In this document: positions 39,172 to 52,415 of the stretch, one piece after another | Position numbering within the stretch: position 1 is the first letter of the stretch | Layout: the number at the start of each line of letters is the position of its first letter | DNA from: Alphaproteobacteria bacterium | GTDB lineage: Bacteria; Pseudomonadota; Alphaproteobacteria; UBA7887 | Assembly (NCBI GenBank): GCA_965216755.1 | Contig: CBDCGL010000011.1 | Coordinates: forward strand, 4,000,001-4,064,000 | Length of the DNA: 64,000 bases | Reading direction: 5' to 3' | Program-made: the position numbers and the translations under genes | The notes under the pieces: generated by a model | Told to the model about the DNA's origin: nothing | The model's input: only the letters and a program-made list of their open reading frames with translations | Database searches by the model: none

Positions 39172-40797
39172 CTATGAACGGCCGACGCCGGCGGCAGGAA
39201 CACCGCGCAACGCTTCGACTTGGCGCCGATAGCCCGTCGGATCAACCGTGGCGTCGATCAGCGCCGGGCCATCTTCGGCAAAGGCCTGTGTCAGTGCGGC
39301 TTCGAGCGCACTTTCATTGTCTACCCGCCGGGCGCGACAACCAAACCCTTTGGCGATCTGGGCAAAATCAGATCGCGGATAGCGTACCCCACGTGTCGGG
39401 AAGCCACGTTGCTGTTGCTTCAGGTCGATCAATGACAATGCCGCATCGTTGAATACCACGACCACGATGCGGGCTTTTTCGCGCGCCGCCGTTGCCAATT
39501 CGCCGACGCACATTGTCAATCCGCCATCGCCGGTTATCGCCAGGGTCGGCCGGGCCGGCGTTTCCAACGCCGCGGCAATCGCCGCGGGAAGTGCAAAGCC
39601 CATGGTCGACAAACCATTGGAAATCAGGACATCGTTTGGCGCACGCGCCGGCCACATCGCCATCGGCGCCAACATGTGCGCGCCCGCGTCAACCGCGAGT
39701 CGTGTTTCGCGGGGTGCACACGCAGCCGCCAGCCGGACGATGGCTTGAGGCGCCAAGCCCACAGCAGCACCGTCGCTGTCGGGCAACGCCATCGGCCCGG
39801 GACGGTCGTCCCAATTCGCCGCGTGACCGGCGTTCTGAAGAGTGGCCAGGCTTTCGGCAAGTGGGCCAATCACCGTGGCCGTTGGTGTGCAGTAGTGCGG
39901 CTGTTCGGCGACCTCGGTGATATTCAGCACCTTCATGTCATAGGGCCAAGGCGACGCAATCAGCTCCACCGGGTCGACCCCGCAAAGCAGCAACAAATCC
40001 GCGTCGGCGAGCCACGGCGCTTCGCGTTGCCCGCCGGTGAACAATCCCGCATGCAGGGGATCGCCATCGGCGAAAACGCCCTTCGCTTTGTAGGTGGTCA
40101 TGACAGGACAGGCGAGCGCGCGCGTGAACGCCGCGATGGCCCCCGCGCATGCCGAGTTACGTGCCTGCAAGCCCACGACCATCGCCGGCCTGCGCGCACC
40201 GGCAAGCAATCGCCGGGCGTGCGCGATCTCGCCGCCTGGTTGGCCGTCGGTTGGCGCCGGGCGCGCGACAGCGCCACCATCGGCTGCTGCGCTCGCAACG
40301 GCGGCCGACATTTCGACGTGGACCGGGCCGGACGGTGCCGCGAGTGCCGTGTCGAGCATTTGTGCTAGGCGATCAGCCGACGACTGGACGGTCATACACG
40401 TTTGCGCTTTCGTCACCGGCCGCATCAGCGCCGCCTGGTCAAAACGTTGGTGGCTGACAAAATCGGCGTCGGGTCGGTGATAACCGTCGGTCAGCACCAG
40501 CATCGGTGCGCGATCCAAGTATCCATAGGCGACGCCATTGACCGCGCTTGCCGTGCCGGGCCCAAGTCCGGTTGAGACGACACCGGGTGCGTTGCTCAGT
40601 TCGCCGGTGACCGCCGCCATGATCGCGGCCGCGGTTTCCGTGTGGGTCAAAACAAAAGCGATGTCCCGCGCGGCGCAAGCATCGATCAGTTCCAGGCTGG
40701 AACCACCACCGGGCACGCCGAAAATGCGGCGGACCCCGTAGCTATGAAGAGTGGCCGCGAGGGTATCCGCGACGGTCCCATGCTGCGATTTGCTCAT
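39172..40797 (-). CDS. acetolactate-synthase-like ThDP-dependent enzyme, unknown substrate
   Basis: FGVPGGG, HTE (catalytic Glu), GPG, SNGLSTMGFALP, GDGG...FND; start overlaps the stop of the upstream reductase. Confidence 0.85.
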   Translation of the reverse strand: MSKSQHGTVADTLAATLHSYGVRRIFGVPGGGSSLELIDACAARDIAFVLTHTETAAAIMAAVTGELSNAPGVVSTGLGPGTASAVNGVAYGYLDRAPMLVLTDGYHRPDADFVSHQRFDQAALMRPVTKAQTCMTVQSSADRLAQMLDTALAAPSGPVHVEMSAAVASAAADGGAVARPAPTDGQPGGEIAHARRLLAGARRPAMVVGLQARNSACAGAIAAFTRALACPVMTTYKAKGVFADGDPLHAGLFTGGQREAPWLADADLLLLCGVDPVELIASPWPYDMKVLNITEVAEQPHYCTPTATVIGPLAESLATLQNAGHAANWDDRPGPMALPDSDGAAVGLAPQAIVRLAAACAPRETRLAVDAGAHMLAPMAMWPARAPNDVLISNGLSTMGFALPAAIAAALETPARPTLAITGDGGLTMCVGELATAAREKARIVVVVFNDAALSLIDLKQQQRGFPTRGVRYPRSDFAQIAKGFGCRARRVDNESALEAALTQAFAEDGPALIDATVDPTGYRRQVEALRGVPAAGVGRS

Positions 40798-41714
40798 AGG
40801 CGCGGCGTTTCCACGCCGATGGCATCGCACGCCGCGTCGAGCAAGACCGACATATCTTTGTTGTCGAATTCCGGGTGCCCGCAAACGGCATCGATTGCGG
40901 CGAGCGCGGCCTGTCCGGTCGCCAAAGGTACGGTGTGGGCGTTTCCCTCTTCGACCGCCAACGAGAGGTCCTTGGCGGCCATGGCCAGGGTGAAGCCGGG
41001 CGATAGGTCGCCGGCCAAGGTCTTGGTCGGCCAGGTCTCGGTCAAATGTCCGTTGTTGGCCGTGGTCTGCGTCAGCACGCGAAGCAGGGTCGTCATGGAC
41101 AAGCCCAGGCCCGCGGCGAACGCCAAGGCCTCCGCACAAAGCTGTCCCGTCGCCACCGCCAGATAGGCATTGATCAGTTTTGTGCGGATACCGGTGCCAA
41201 CGGGTCCGCAATGGTGAACCGAACCACCCATGATCTCGAGCAGCGGGCGTAGTCGAGAGACATCCGCGGCGGCGCCGCCGACCATGAACAAGGATTCGCC
41301 ACGCGCCGCGTCGGCCACCGTGCCGCCGACCGCGGCATCGACAAATCCAATACCGTCAGCGGCCAATTCGCGCGCCAGACGATCGGTGATCGAAGGTGCG
41401 ATCGTGCTCATATCGACGACCAAAGCACCCGGCCGGGCATGATGGCGCAAACCTTGGTCACCGAGCACGCAGGCGACCACGTCGGGGGCATCTGGCAGCA
41501 TGGTCAGCACGACATCGGCACGCTGGGCCATACCGGCGATGTCGTCGACGGCTTCGGCCCCGGCGGCGCGTAGGGCCCCCGCCTTGACCGGCTGCACGTC
41601 GTGAACGACCAACGGCACGTTCGCACGCTGTAAATTCAGCGCCATGGGCAGGCCCATATTGCCCAAGCCCACAAATCCGATTGTTTCCAGCCCGGCCTCC
41701 TCGCGATTCGACAT
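40794..41714 (-). CDS. NAD(P)-dependent beta-hydroxyacid dehydrogenase, YihU (sulfolactaldehyde reductase)-like
   Basis: GFVGLGNMG, DMSTI, catalytic K in GIRTKLIN, GHLTETWPTKTLAGDLSPGF resembling recalled E. coli YihU. Confidence 0.8.
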   Translation of the reverse strand: MSNREEAGLETIGFVGLGNMGLPMALNLQRANVPLVVHDVQPVKAGALRAAGAEAVDDIAGMAQRADVVLTMLPDAPDVVACVLGDQGLRHHARPGALVVDMSTIAPSITDRLARELAADGIGFVDAAVGGTVADAARGESLFMVGGAAADVSRLRPLLEIMGGSVHHCGPVGTGIRTKLINAYLAVATGQLCAEALAFAAGLGLSMTTLLRVLTQTTANNGHLTETWPTKTLAGDLSPGFTLAMAAKDLSLAVEEGNAHTVPLATGQAALAAIDAVCGHPEFDNKDMSVLLDAACDAIGVETPRL

Positions 41715-41752
41715 GCCCGTACATAACGGGCGCGGCTTGGTTATCGGCGGTG

Positions 41753-42877
41753 TCAGCCCGCGTATGTGATGCGGTAGATGACACCGGCGTGATCATCGGC
41801 AACCAATAATGCACCGTCGGGCATGACCAGCACATCCGTCGGTCGACCCCATGCGGATTGGCCCTGTAGCCAACCCTCGGCAAAAACTTCGTAGGCTATC
41901 GCTTTGCCGGCGTCATCAAGCCGAACCAGCGTGACGCGATACCCGATCTTTTCGCTCCGGTTCCAGGAACCGTGTTCGGCAATGAATATTTGGTTACGGT
42001 ACGATTCCGGAAATTGGTCGCCGTCGTAGAACGTCAGGCCCAGGGGCGCCACATGTGGCCCCAAGGGTTGAGCCGGCGCCCGAAAATCGCTGCATGGGTA
42101 GCGGTTGCCATAGGACGGATCGGCGATGTCGCCGCCGTGGCAATAAGGGAATCCGAAATGCATATCTGCCGCCGGGGCGTGGTTGAGTTCGCAAGGCGGT
42201 ACATCGTCGCCCAGATTGTCGCGACCATTGTCGGTGAACCACAGTTCGCCGGTATCCGGGTGCCAGGCGAAGCCGACAGAGTTGCGAACGCCGCGCGCGA
42301 ACACCTCACGTGCACTGCCATCGGGATTCATGCGCAGGATCGTGCCGTAGGGATCGCCCGGCTCGCAGACATTGCAGGGCGCGCCGACCGGAACGTACAA
42401 CTTGCCGTCGGGTCCGAAGTCGATAAATTTCCAGCCGTGATGGCGATCGGACGGAAACGGGTCACCGACCGTGACCGGGGTCGGCGGCGCATCGAGCTGC
42501 GACTCGATTTTGTCGTAGCGCAACACGCGGTCGATTTCGCCGACATAGAGCGCACCATCGTGAAACGCGACGCCGCTCGGAAAGTTCAATTTACGCGCAA
42601 TGACGTGGGTGACATCGGCACGGCCGTCTCCGTCGGTGTCGACAACCGCGTACACGTTGCCGGCGCTGCGCGACCCGACGAACAGGGTACCTTGGTCACC
42701 CAGCGCCATTTCCCGGGCGTTGGGCACGGCATCCGCGTAGACCTCAATCGAGAAGCCATCGGGCAACTTGATGTCATCGAGACGATCTTGGCCGCAGGCC
42801 GGCAAAGCGATCGCCATGACGGCGCTAGCGGCCGCCAACATACCTCCGACGTTCCATTCACTCTTGCGCATTGCCAT
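41753..42877 (-). CDS. PQQ-dependent sugar/sorbosone dehydrogenase family beta-propeller (exported)
   Basis: Signal/lipobox-like N-terminus, LPDGF.I, HHGWK, GAPCNVC, GVRNSVG, HGSWNRS, WGRP.DV. Confidence 0.85.
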   Translation of the reverse strand: MAMRKSEWNVGGMLAAASAVMAIALPACGQDRLDDIKLPDGFSIEVYADAVPNAREMALGDQGTLFVGSRSAGNVYAVVDTDGDGRADVTHVIARKLNFPSGVAFHDGALYVGEIDRVLRYDKIESQLDAPPTPVTVGDPFPSDRHHGWKFIDFGPDGKLYVPVGAPCNVCEPGDPYGTILRMNPDGSAREVFARGVRNSVGFAWHPDTGELWFTDNGRDNLGDDVPPCELNHAPAADMHFGFPYCHGGDIADPSYGNRYPCSDFRAPAQPLGPHVAPLGLTFYDGDQFPESYRNQIFIAEHGSWNRSEKIGYRVTLVRLDDAGKAIAYEVFAEGWLQGQSAWGRPTDVLVMPDGALLVADDHAGVIYRITYAG

Positions 42878-42925
42878 TCATCTTTCACACGTATTTCTGA
42901 TCCGCAATGAGCGGCCAGAGCTCCT

Positions 42926-44572
42926 CTACATATTGGGATAGTTTGGGCCGCCGCCACCTTCGGGCACGACCCAAACGATGTTTTGCGTTGGATCCTTGAT
43001 GTCGCAGGTTTTGCAATGGACGCAATTCTGCGCGTTAATTTGCAGCCGCGGCGCGCCGCCCGCGTCGTCGGTCACGATTTCATAGACGCCGGCCGGGCAA
43101 TAGCGCTGTTCCGGCGCGTCATATTCGGCCAGATTCGTTGTGATCGGCACAGTGTCGTCTTTGAGAGTCAAATGCGCCGGCTGATCTTCTTCATGGTTGG
43201 TGGCGGAATAGGCGACGTTGGTCAGGCGATCGAAACTGACGACACCATCCGCCTTCGGATATTCGATCGGCGTCGCGCTGGCCGCCGTCTGCAGCGATTC
43301 ATGATCGGCATGCGCGTGGCGCAGTGTCCACGGCGCCTTGCCGCGCAACACAGTTTGATCGACGCCGGTATAAAGCGTGCCGCCAATCAAACCCCATTTG
43401 AACGCGGGCCGGACATTGCGCGCCCGATGAAGTTCATCGTGGACCCACGATTTCCGAAAGGCGTCTTCGTAGCCGGCAAGGTCCGGTGTCGCCGCCGCCG
43501 ATCTCAACGCCCCGAACGCGGTTTCGGCGGCGAGCATGCCAGATTTCATGGCGGTATGGGTGCCTTTAATCTTCGGCATATTGAGCGTGCCGGCTTCGCA
43601 GCCAATTAAGGCGCCTCCGGGAAAAGACAATTTCGGCAAACACTGCAATCCGCCCTCATTCAGCGCGCGAGCACCGTATGCGGTGCGGCGCCCGCCCTCT
43701 AGTGTTGGTCGAATCGCCGGATGGGTCTTAAAGCGCTGAAATTCCTCAAAAGGGCTGAGATACGGATTCCTGTAATCCAGTCCGATAACAAAACCGATCG
43801 CGACCTGATTGTTTTCCAAATGGTAGAGAAACGAGCCGCCATAGGTGCCGCGGTCAAGCGGCCAGCCAGCGGTATGAACAACCAGCCCCGGTTGATGCTT
43901 GTCCGGCGCGATTTCCCATAGCTCCTTCAGGCCAATGCCATACGTTTGTTCCTGTGCGCCGGCACGCAAATCAAATCGATCGATGATTTGCTTGCCAAGA
44001 CTGCCCCGGCAGCCTTCGGCAAACAGCGTCACTTTGGCGCGCAGCTCGACGCCACGTTGGAAATTTGGCCCTCGCTCGCCGGTTTTGGTGATTCCCATAT
44101 CACCGGTGGCAACACCGACCACCGCGCCGCCGTCATCGTACAGAATCTCAGCGGCGGCAAATCCTGGATAAATCTCGACACCCAGGGCCTCGGCCTGTTC
44201 ACCGAGCCAACGCACCAAGTTGCCCAAGCTGATGATGTAGTTGCCACGATTGTGCATGGCCGGTGGCAGTGTCCAGGTCGGCCAGGATAGGCTGCCCGTT
44301 TCGGACAAAAACATGAAACGTTCGGCGCTGACAGGGGTGTTGACCGGCGCCCCGTCTTGCTTCCAGTTGGGCAGGAGTTCGTCAAGCGCGCGGGTTTCCA
44401 GAACGGCGCCTGAGAGGATATGGGCACCGACTTCCGAGCCTTTTTCGACAACGCAAACGCCTAGTTCGACATCGTTCTCGGCGCATAATTGCTTCAGCCG
44501 TATCGCGGCTGCAAGACCACTCGGGCCTGCGCCGACGACAACGACGTCATAATCCATTGATTCACGTTCCAT
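42926..44572 (-). CDS. electron transfer flavoprotein-ubiquinone oxidoreductase (ETF-QO)
   Basis: [34 protein letters not shown]-terminal YCPAGVYE and [13 protein letters not shown] Fe-S motif. Confidence 0.96.
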   Translation of the reverse strand: MERESMDYDVVVVGAGPSGLAAAIRLKQLCAENDVELGVCVVEKGSEVGAHILSGAVLETRALDELLPNWKQDGAPVNTPVSAERFMFLSETGSLSWPTWTLPPAMHNRGNYIISLGNLVRWLGEQAEALGVEIYPGFAAAEILYDDGGAVVGVATGDMGITKTGERGPNFQRGVELRAKVTLFAEGCRGSLGKQIIDRFDLRAGAQEQTYGIGLKELWEIAPDKHQPGLVVHTAGWPLDRGTYGGSFLYHLENNQVAIGFVIGLDYRNPYLSPFEEFQRFKTHPAIRPTLEGGRRTAYGARALNEGGLQCLPKLSFPGGALIGCEAGTLNMPKIKGTHTAMKSGMLAAETAFGALRSAAATPDLAGYEDAFRKSWVHDELHRARNVRPAFKWGLIGGTLYTGVDQTVLRGKAPWTLRHAHADHESLQTAASATPIEYPKADGVVSFDRLTNVAYSATNHEEDQPAHLTLKDDTVPITTNLAEYDAPEQRYCPAGVYEIVTDDAGGAPRLQINAQNCVHCKTCDIKDPTQNIVWVVPEGGGGPNYPNM

Positions 44573-44662
44573 CGCTCGACCTCGGACGCCATGCTACCGT
44601 CAACTCTTCGCGGTTGCCGTTTATAAGTGATCGCCCGGCACGGATAAATGTTGCCGTTCCCG

Positions 44663-45469
44663 CTAAATTGCTGCCTGCAGCCATGGTAGCACCTGCGCGT
44701 GCAGGGTGGGATCGCCGGCCGCGACAATGGCGGTGTTGTCGACTGCCGCGCCACCGTCCCAGCCGGTGACGATTCCGCCCGCGCCCTCGATCACGGGGAC
44801 CAGCGCGCAGATATCCCACAGCTTCAAGTCCGCTTCGGTGATAAGGTCAATGCTGCCGGCGGCCAACATGCCATAGGCGTAACAATTGCCGCCGAATTGG
44901 CACACATGGGTGCCGTCCAAAAGCCGCGCAAAGGTGGCCTTTTGGGCTGGGGTCTTCATCATGCGCGGGTCGGTCAGGGCATAGACCGCAGCATCGAGGT
45001 CCGGGCATGAACGGGTGGTGACCTTGTCGCCGTTCAAAGTGGTGCCGGCGGGTGTTCCCACGAAGCGGTCTTTGACAATCGGTTGGTCGATCACGCCGAT
45101 CAGGGGGCGGCCCTGATGCATGAGCCCGATCAGGGTACCAAATAGCGGCAAGCCGGAAATGAAGGCGCGGGTTCCATCAATCGGGTCGATCACCCAACAC
45201 CATTCGGCATCGGCCTGGTCGGCACCGTGTTCCTCGCCGACTATGCCGTGGTCCGGGTGTGTCGCGCGCAGGATGTCGCGCATCGCGGCCTCCGCCTCGC
45301 GATCGGCGCGGGTCACGGGCTGACCCATCTCGGATGTCGAGGGTTTGTCGTCGATGCCCAGTTCGGCGCGAAACAACGGTGCAATTATTGCGCGCGCGGC
45401 GTCGGCCAAACGCTCGGCCAAGGCCGTCATTTGCGCAACGACAGGATCGCTCAGCGACTCGGTTGGCAT
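44663..45469 (-). CDS. hisN: inositol monophosphatase family, histidinol-phosphatase HisN-like
   Basis: VTRADREAE, GEE, WVIDPIDGT, WD..A; ATG at 45469 chosen. Confidence 0.75.
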   Translation of the reverse strand: MPTESLSDPVVAQMTALAERLADAARAIIAPLFRAELGIDDKPSTSEMGQPVTRADREAEAAMRDILRATHPDHGIVGEEHGADQADAEWCWVIDPIDGTRAFISGLPLFGTLIGLMHQGRPLIGVIDQPIVKDRFVGTPAGTTLNGDKVTTRSCPDLDAAVYALTDPRMMKTPAQKATFARLLDGTHVCQFGGNCYAYGMLAAGSIDLITEADLKLWDICALVPVIEGAGGIVTGWDGGAAVDNTAIVAAGDPTLHAQVLPWLQAAI

Positions 45470-45540
45470 GGCAATTTCCCATCCTGACTGCTTGAGATTC
45501 ATGCTCGACCATTAGTCGATCCAATTGGCCATGGGGCGAG

Positions 45541-45573
45541 AAAAAAAGGGCGCGCCCGAAGGCACGCCCTTTT
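45541..45573 (-). terminator. intrinsic terminator of the cyclase gene
   Basis: Minus strand GGGCGTGCC-TTCG-GGCGCGCCC-TTTTTTT (cUUCGg loop, U7 tail), about 20 nt after the stop. Confidence 0.9.
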
Positions 45574-45594
45574 GTTTGCAAAGCGGAAATCCGC

Positions 45595-46662
45595 CTACCA
45601 GATTGCCACCGGTGCGCCGATGGAACCGGTTGCACCCTTCACGGGAACCGGCGAATAGAAGTACGCAAAGACGTAGACACCCGCGTCGGCGAGTTCTTTC
45701 AATCTCATATTCTCTTGATTGACGATGCCGTGACGCGCTTGCAAGAACGTATGGACGCAGAACGCACAGGCAGGATCCGGGTTTGGAACCGCGTCACCCG
45801 GCCAGGTGTCGAAACCCGTGACGCCGGCTTTGACGTCTTCCGCGATCCAACGCGCGACTTCCATGCCGATGCCGGGGCAACCGTCATTGTAGGTCGCTGG
45901 ATCTCCCCAATGCATTTCCCAACCGGTGCGAATGATCACGGCGTCACCAGGCATAAACTCAAAGCCGGCCATACCCTGGCGTTCGAGCGCGGCATTGACA
46001 TCGGCCATGGTTACGACCTCACCTTTCGCCATGGAGTCGACGCCGCGCGCGCCGGCGACGTCAATCAAAACGCCGCGGGCAACGATCGGGTTCAGCATTT
46101 CAGTGCCGTTCTTGTTGAGGCCGTATGGTGAGCCCATTTCGGCCGCCGTGGCACCGTTGTACCAACGCATATCGTTCTTATCGCCCGGTGCGCCGACCCG
46201 CACGCCGATGTGGCCCAAGCCGTCAAACTGGGTGCCGACTTGCCCAATTTCCGTGGACAGGAATTCGTCGTTCCACATGATTTGGTTGGCGCCGAATGGG
46301 CCACCGGTCGGGGTGCCCGGAATCCGCAGGCTAAACTTGCGGGCGCCAAACAGAGGCATTTCGGCCGTGTAATTGTGGCCGAGCTTCATGGTATTGCCAG
46401 TCTGGATCTGCGCAATCGCGCGCATCACGACTTCGGTTTGTTTGTACCAGTTGGTCGAGCCAGCTTGATCACCTTCGCCCCACAGCGGGTTGGGCCACCA
46501 TTTCGAGCCCAGCGGTGTATCCATCACGTCGCCATCGACCCATGGTTTGCCGGCACATTCTTGCCAGTTTTCGGCTGAGCATTCGGCAAATGCGGTCGTT
46601 GTCGTCATCGCCATGGCGGCACCCACCGCACCCGCGATGGCCAACGTTCGTAACGCTGTCAT
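45595..46662 (-). CDS. secreted cyclase (kynurenine formamidase-like) family protein
   Basis: Signal peptide ending AFA; QVGTQFDGLGH, RGVLID, GDAVIIRTGW, H..L....G...EN, GATGS..AP.A. Confidence 0.85.
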   Translation of the reverse strand: MTALRTLAIAGAVGAAMAMTTTTAFAECSAENWQECAGKPWVDGDVMDTPLGSKWWPNPLWGEGDQAGSTNWYKQTEVVMRAIAQIQTGNTMKLGHNYTAEMPLFGARKFSLRIPGTPTGGPFGANQIMWNDEFLSTEIGQVGTQFDGLGHIGVRVGAPGDKNDMRWYNGATAAEMGSPYGLNKNGTEMLNPIVARGVLIDVAGARGVDSMAKGEVVTMADVNAALERQGMAGFEFMPGDAVIIRTGWEMHWGDPATYNDGCPGIGMEVARWIAEDVKAGVTGFDTWPGDAVPNPDPACAFCVHTFLQARHGIVNQENMRLKELADAGVYVFAYFYSPVPVKGATGSIGAPVAIW

Positions 46663-46768
46663 CAGGTTTCCTCCCTAGAGACGTATGATCATTTATTCTA
46701 CGAAGACTGTTGTATTTATTGCAAGGATGACGACCTTTGCTGGGCATTGGGCGCCACCACGGGGTGAT

Positions 46769-46797
46769 GTGCAGCACCGGCGCCAGCATGGTATAGT
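46769..46797 (+). promoter_or_regulatory. putative promoter of bamD-recN-ligA
   Basis: Extended -10 TG-G-TATAGT (46789-46797) with GTGCAG 17 nt upstream of the hexamer. Confidence 0.5.
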
Positions 46798-46836
46798 TTG
46801 GCTGGTGGAGTGGGCCAAAACGGGCGGGAAAAACAT

Positions 46837-47655
46837 ATGGAATTACACGATTGTGCTGCGACAAGAACTTGTTGGCGCTGGTTCGTGGTCGCCTTGGTCG
46901 CGCTGGTGGTGGGAGCCTGCGGCACGACCGAGGACGAATATGTCGAGCGTCCGGTCGACGACCTCTACAACGAAGCGATGGATCTGTTGCTGGGTGGTGA
47001 CTACAAGCCGGCCGCTGTCGCGTTTGAAGAGGTGGAACGTCAGCACCCCTACTCGGTGTGGGCGACCAAGGCCCAATTAATGGCCGCCTATGCCTATTAC
47101 CAGAACAACGACTATGATGAAGCGGTCATCGCCTCGGAGCGCTTTATTGAACTGCATCCGGGCAACAGCGATGTGCCCTACGCGCGCTACCTGATCGGCA
47201 TCAGCTATTACGAACAGATCACCGACGTGGGCCGCGACCAGAAGAACACGGCATTGGCGGTCGAGTCATTCGAGGAAGTGACGCGCCGCTATCCGGACTC
47301 TCGATATGCGCGCGATTCGCAACTGAAACTCGACCTTGCCCGCGACCACTTGGCCGGCAAGGAAATGGAAATCGGTCGCACCTATCAAGATTTGGAATAC
47401 TATCTTGCCGCCATTAATCGCTTCCGGACAGTTGTGGAGAGATACCAAACCACCAGCCACGTGGCGGAAGCCCTGCATCGCCTGACGGAATGCTACTTGG
47501 CGCTGGGTATTGTGGGTGAGGCGCAGGCGACCGCCGCCGTGCTGGGACACAACTTTCCTGGCAGCGATTGGTATCAGGATTCCTACAGGCTATTGCGCGA
47601 ACAGGAACTTGAGCCACGGCAAAGTTCCGATTCGTGGTTGGCGCGGATGTTTTGA
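46837..47655 (+). CDS. bamD: outer membrane assembly lipoprotein BamD
   Basis: Lipobox VGAC, LY..A, ERQHPYS, RFI.LHP, RDQ, HLAGKEM.IGR, ALHRL.E, NFPGSDWY. Confidence 0.95.
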   Translation: MELHDCAATRTCWRWFVVALVALVVGACGTTEDEYVERPVDDLYNEAMDLLLGGDYKPAAVAFEEVERQHPYSVWATKAQLMAAYAYYQNNDYDEAVIASERFIELHPGNSDVPYARYLIGISYYEQITDVGRDQKNTALAVESFEEVTRRYPDSRYARDSQLKLDLARDHLAGKEMEIGRTYQDLEYYLAAINRFRTVVERYQTTSHVAEALHRLTECYLALGIVGEAQATAAVLGHNFPGSDWYQDSYRLLREQELEPRQSSDSWLARMF

Positions 47656-47707
47656 GCCGATAGCCAAGTTTCTGGCCCCTGAGCGCAAGGCGAGGCAACG
47701 GAGCCCC

Positions 47708-51522
<3,815 letters not shown>

Positions 51523-51614
51523 AATGTAAGCTGGAACCCCCCTCATAATGCTTTGATTTGCGACGCAAGCGGCGAACGCTATGGGTTGGATAATCGACAA
51601 AGGGATAGGGTGCA

Positions 51615-52415
51615 ATGACCGCAACCAGAGATATTGAGGACTCCGCCACGGGCGGTGGTCAGATATCCCGTCTGGCCCTGATTGGCCTCGCGCTTGCGAT
51701 CCTGTCGGTGGTCGTTTTGGTTGGGGCGGCGCTGGGCTATCGCGCTGGCATTTGGGATGTTCCGTTTGCGCTGCTCACGCTGACCAAATTTGCCACCTAT
51801 GGCGCCGGAATTGGCGTGATTGTGTCACTGATTGCCATTGGCCGCACCTTGCCGGGTGGTCCGCGCCGCGGCTTGGTTAGTGCCATTGTTGGCGTCGTCG
51901 TTGGTGCCGGCGCGTTCTATCAAATCGCGCAGCAATGGTACACGGTCAGAACTGTCCCGTTTATTCACGACATCACCACCGACACCGCGACGCCGCCCAC
52001 GTTTGAGGCCGTACTCACGGCGCGCCAGGCTGAGGGTGCAAACGCCCACGAATATGCTGGGCCGGAATTGGCCGCCAAACAGCAATATGGCTATCCAGAC
52101 ATCGTGCCGTTTATGGTCGAAGTCGACCAAGACGAAGCTTTTGAGCGCGCCCGGACGGTCGCGGAAAGTATGGATTGGGAAATTGTCGCCGCTGACAAGG
52201 CGACAGGGCGCATCGAAGCCACCGACACGACCATGTGGTACGGTTTCAAAGACGATATTGTGATCCGTGTATCGCCGGCCGGCGACGGTCCGGAATTTGG
52301 TAGCCGCATTGACATGCGCAGCCTAAGCCGTGTTGGGCGCAGCGATGTGGGCAAGAACGCGGCGCGGATTCGGCTATATATGGCGGCGCTGGAGTCATCG
52401 TTCAGCGCCCGCTGA
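51615..52415 (+). CDS. DUF1499 domain membrane protein
   Basis: Three N-terminal TMs, IHDITTD, Q..YPDI.P, GFKDD..IRV, DMRS.SRVG.SDVG.N..RI. Confidence 0.85.
   Translation: MTATRDIEDSATGGGQISRLALIGLALAILSVVVLVGAALGYRAGIWDVPFALLTLTKFATYGAGIGVIVSLIAIGRTLPGGPRRGLVSAIVGVVVGAGAFYQIAQQWYTVRTVPFIHDITTDTATPPTFEAVLTARQAEGANAHEYAGPELAAKQQYGYPDIVPFMVEVDQDEAFERARTVAESMDWEIVAADKATGRIEATDTTMWYGFKDDIVIRVSPAGDGPEFGSRIDMRSLSRVGRSDVGKNAARIRLYMAALESSFSAR

Noticed and set aside
40798-41211. N-terminal 138 aa of the 679-aa ThDP ORF as a fusion
   Set aside because: Alternative frame of the YihU-like gene; the true start is the ATG at 40797.
25320-46836. Prophage or integrative element interpretation of the inserted block
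   Set aside because: No integrase, transposase, phage genes or att-like repeats were seen; housekeeping genes lie inside.
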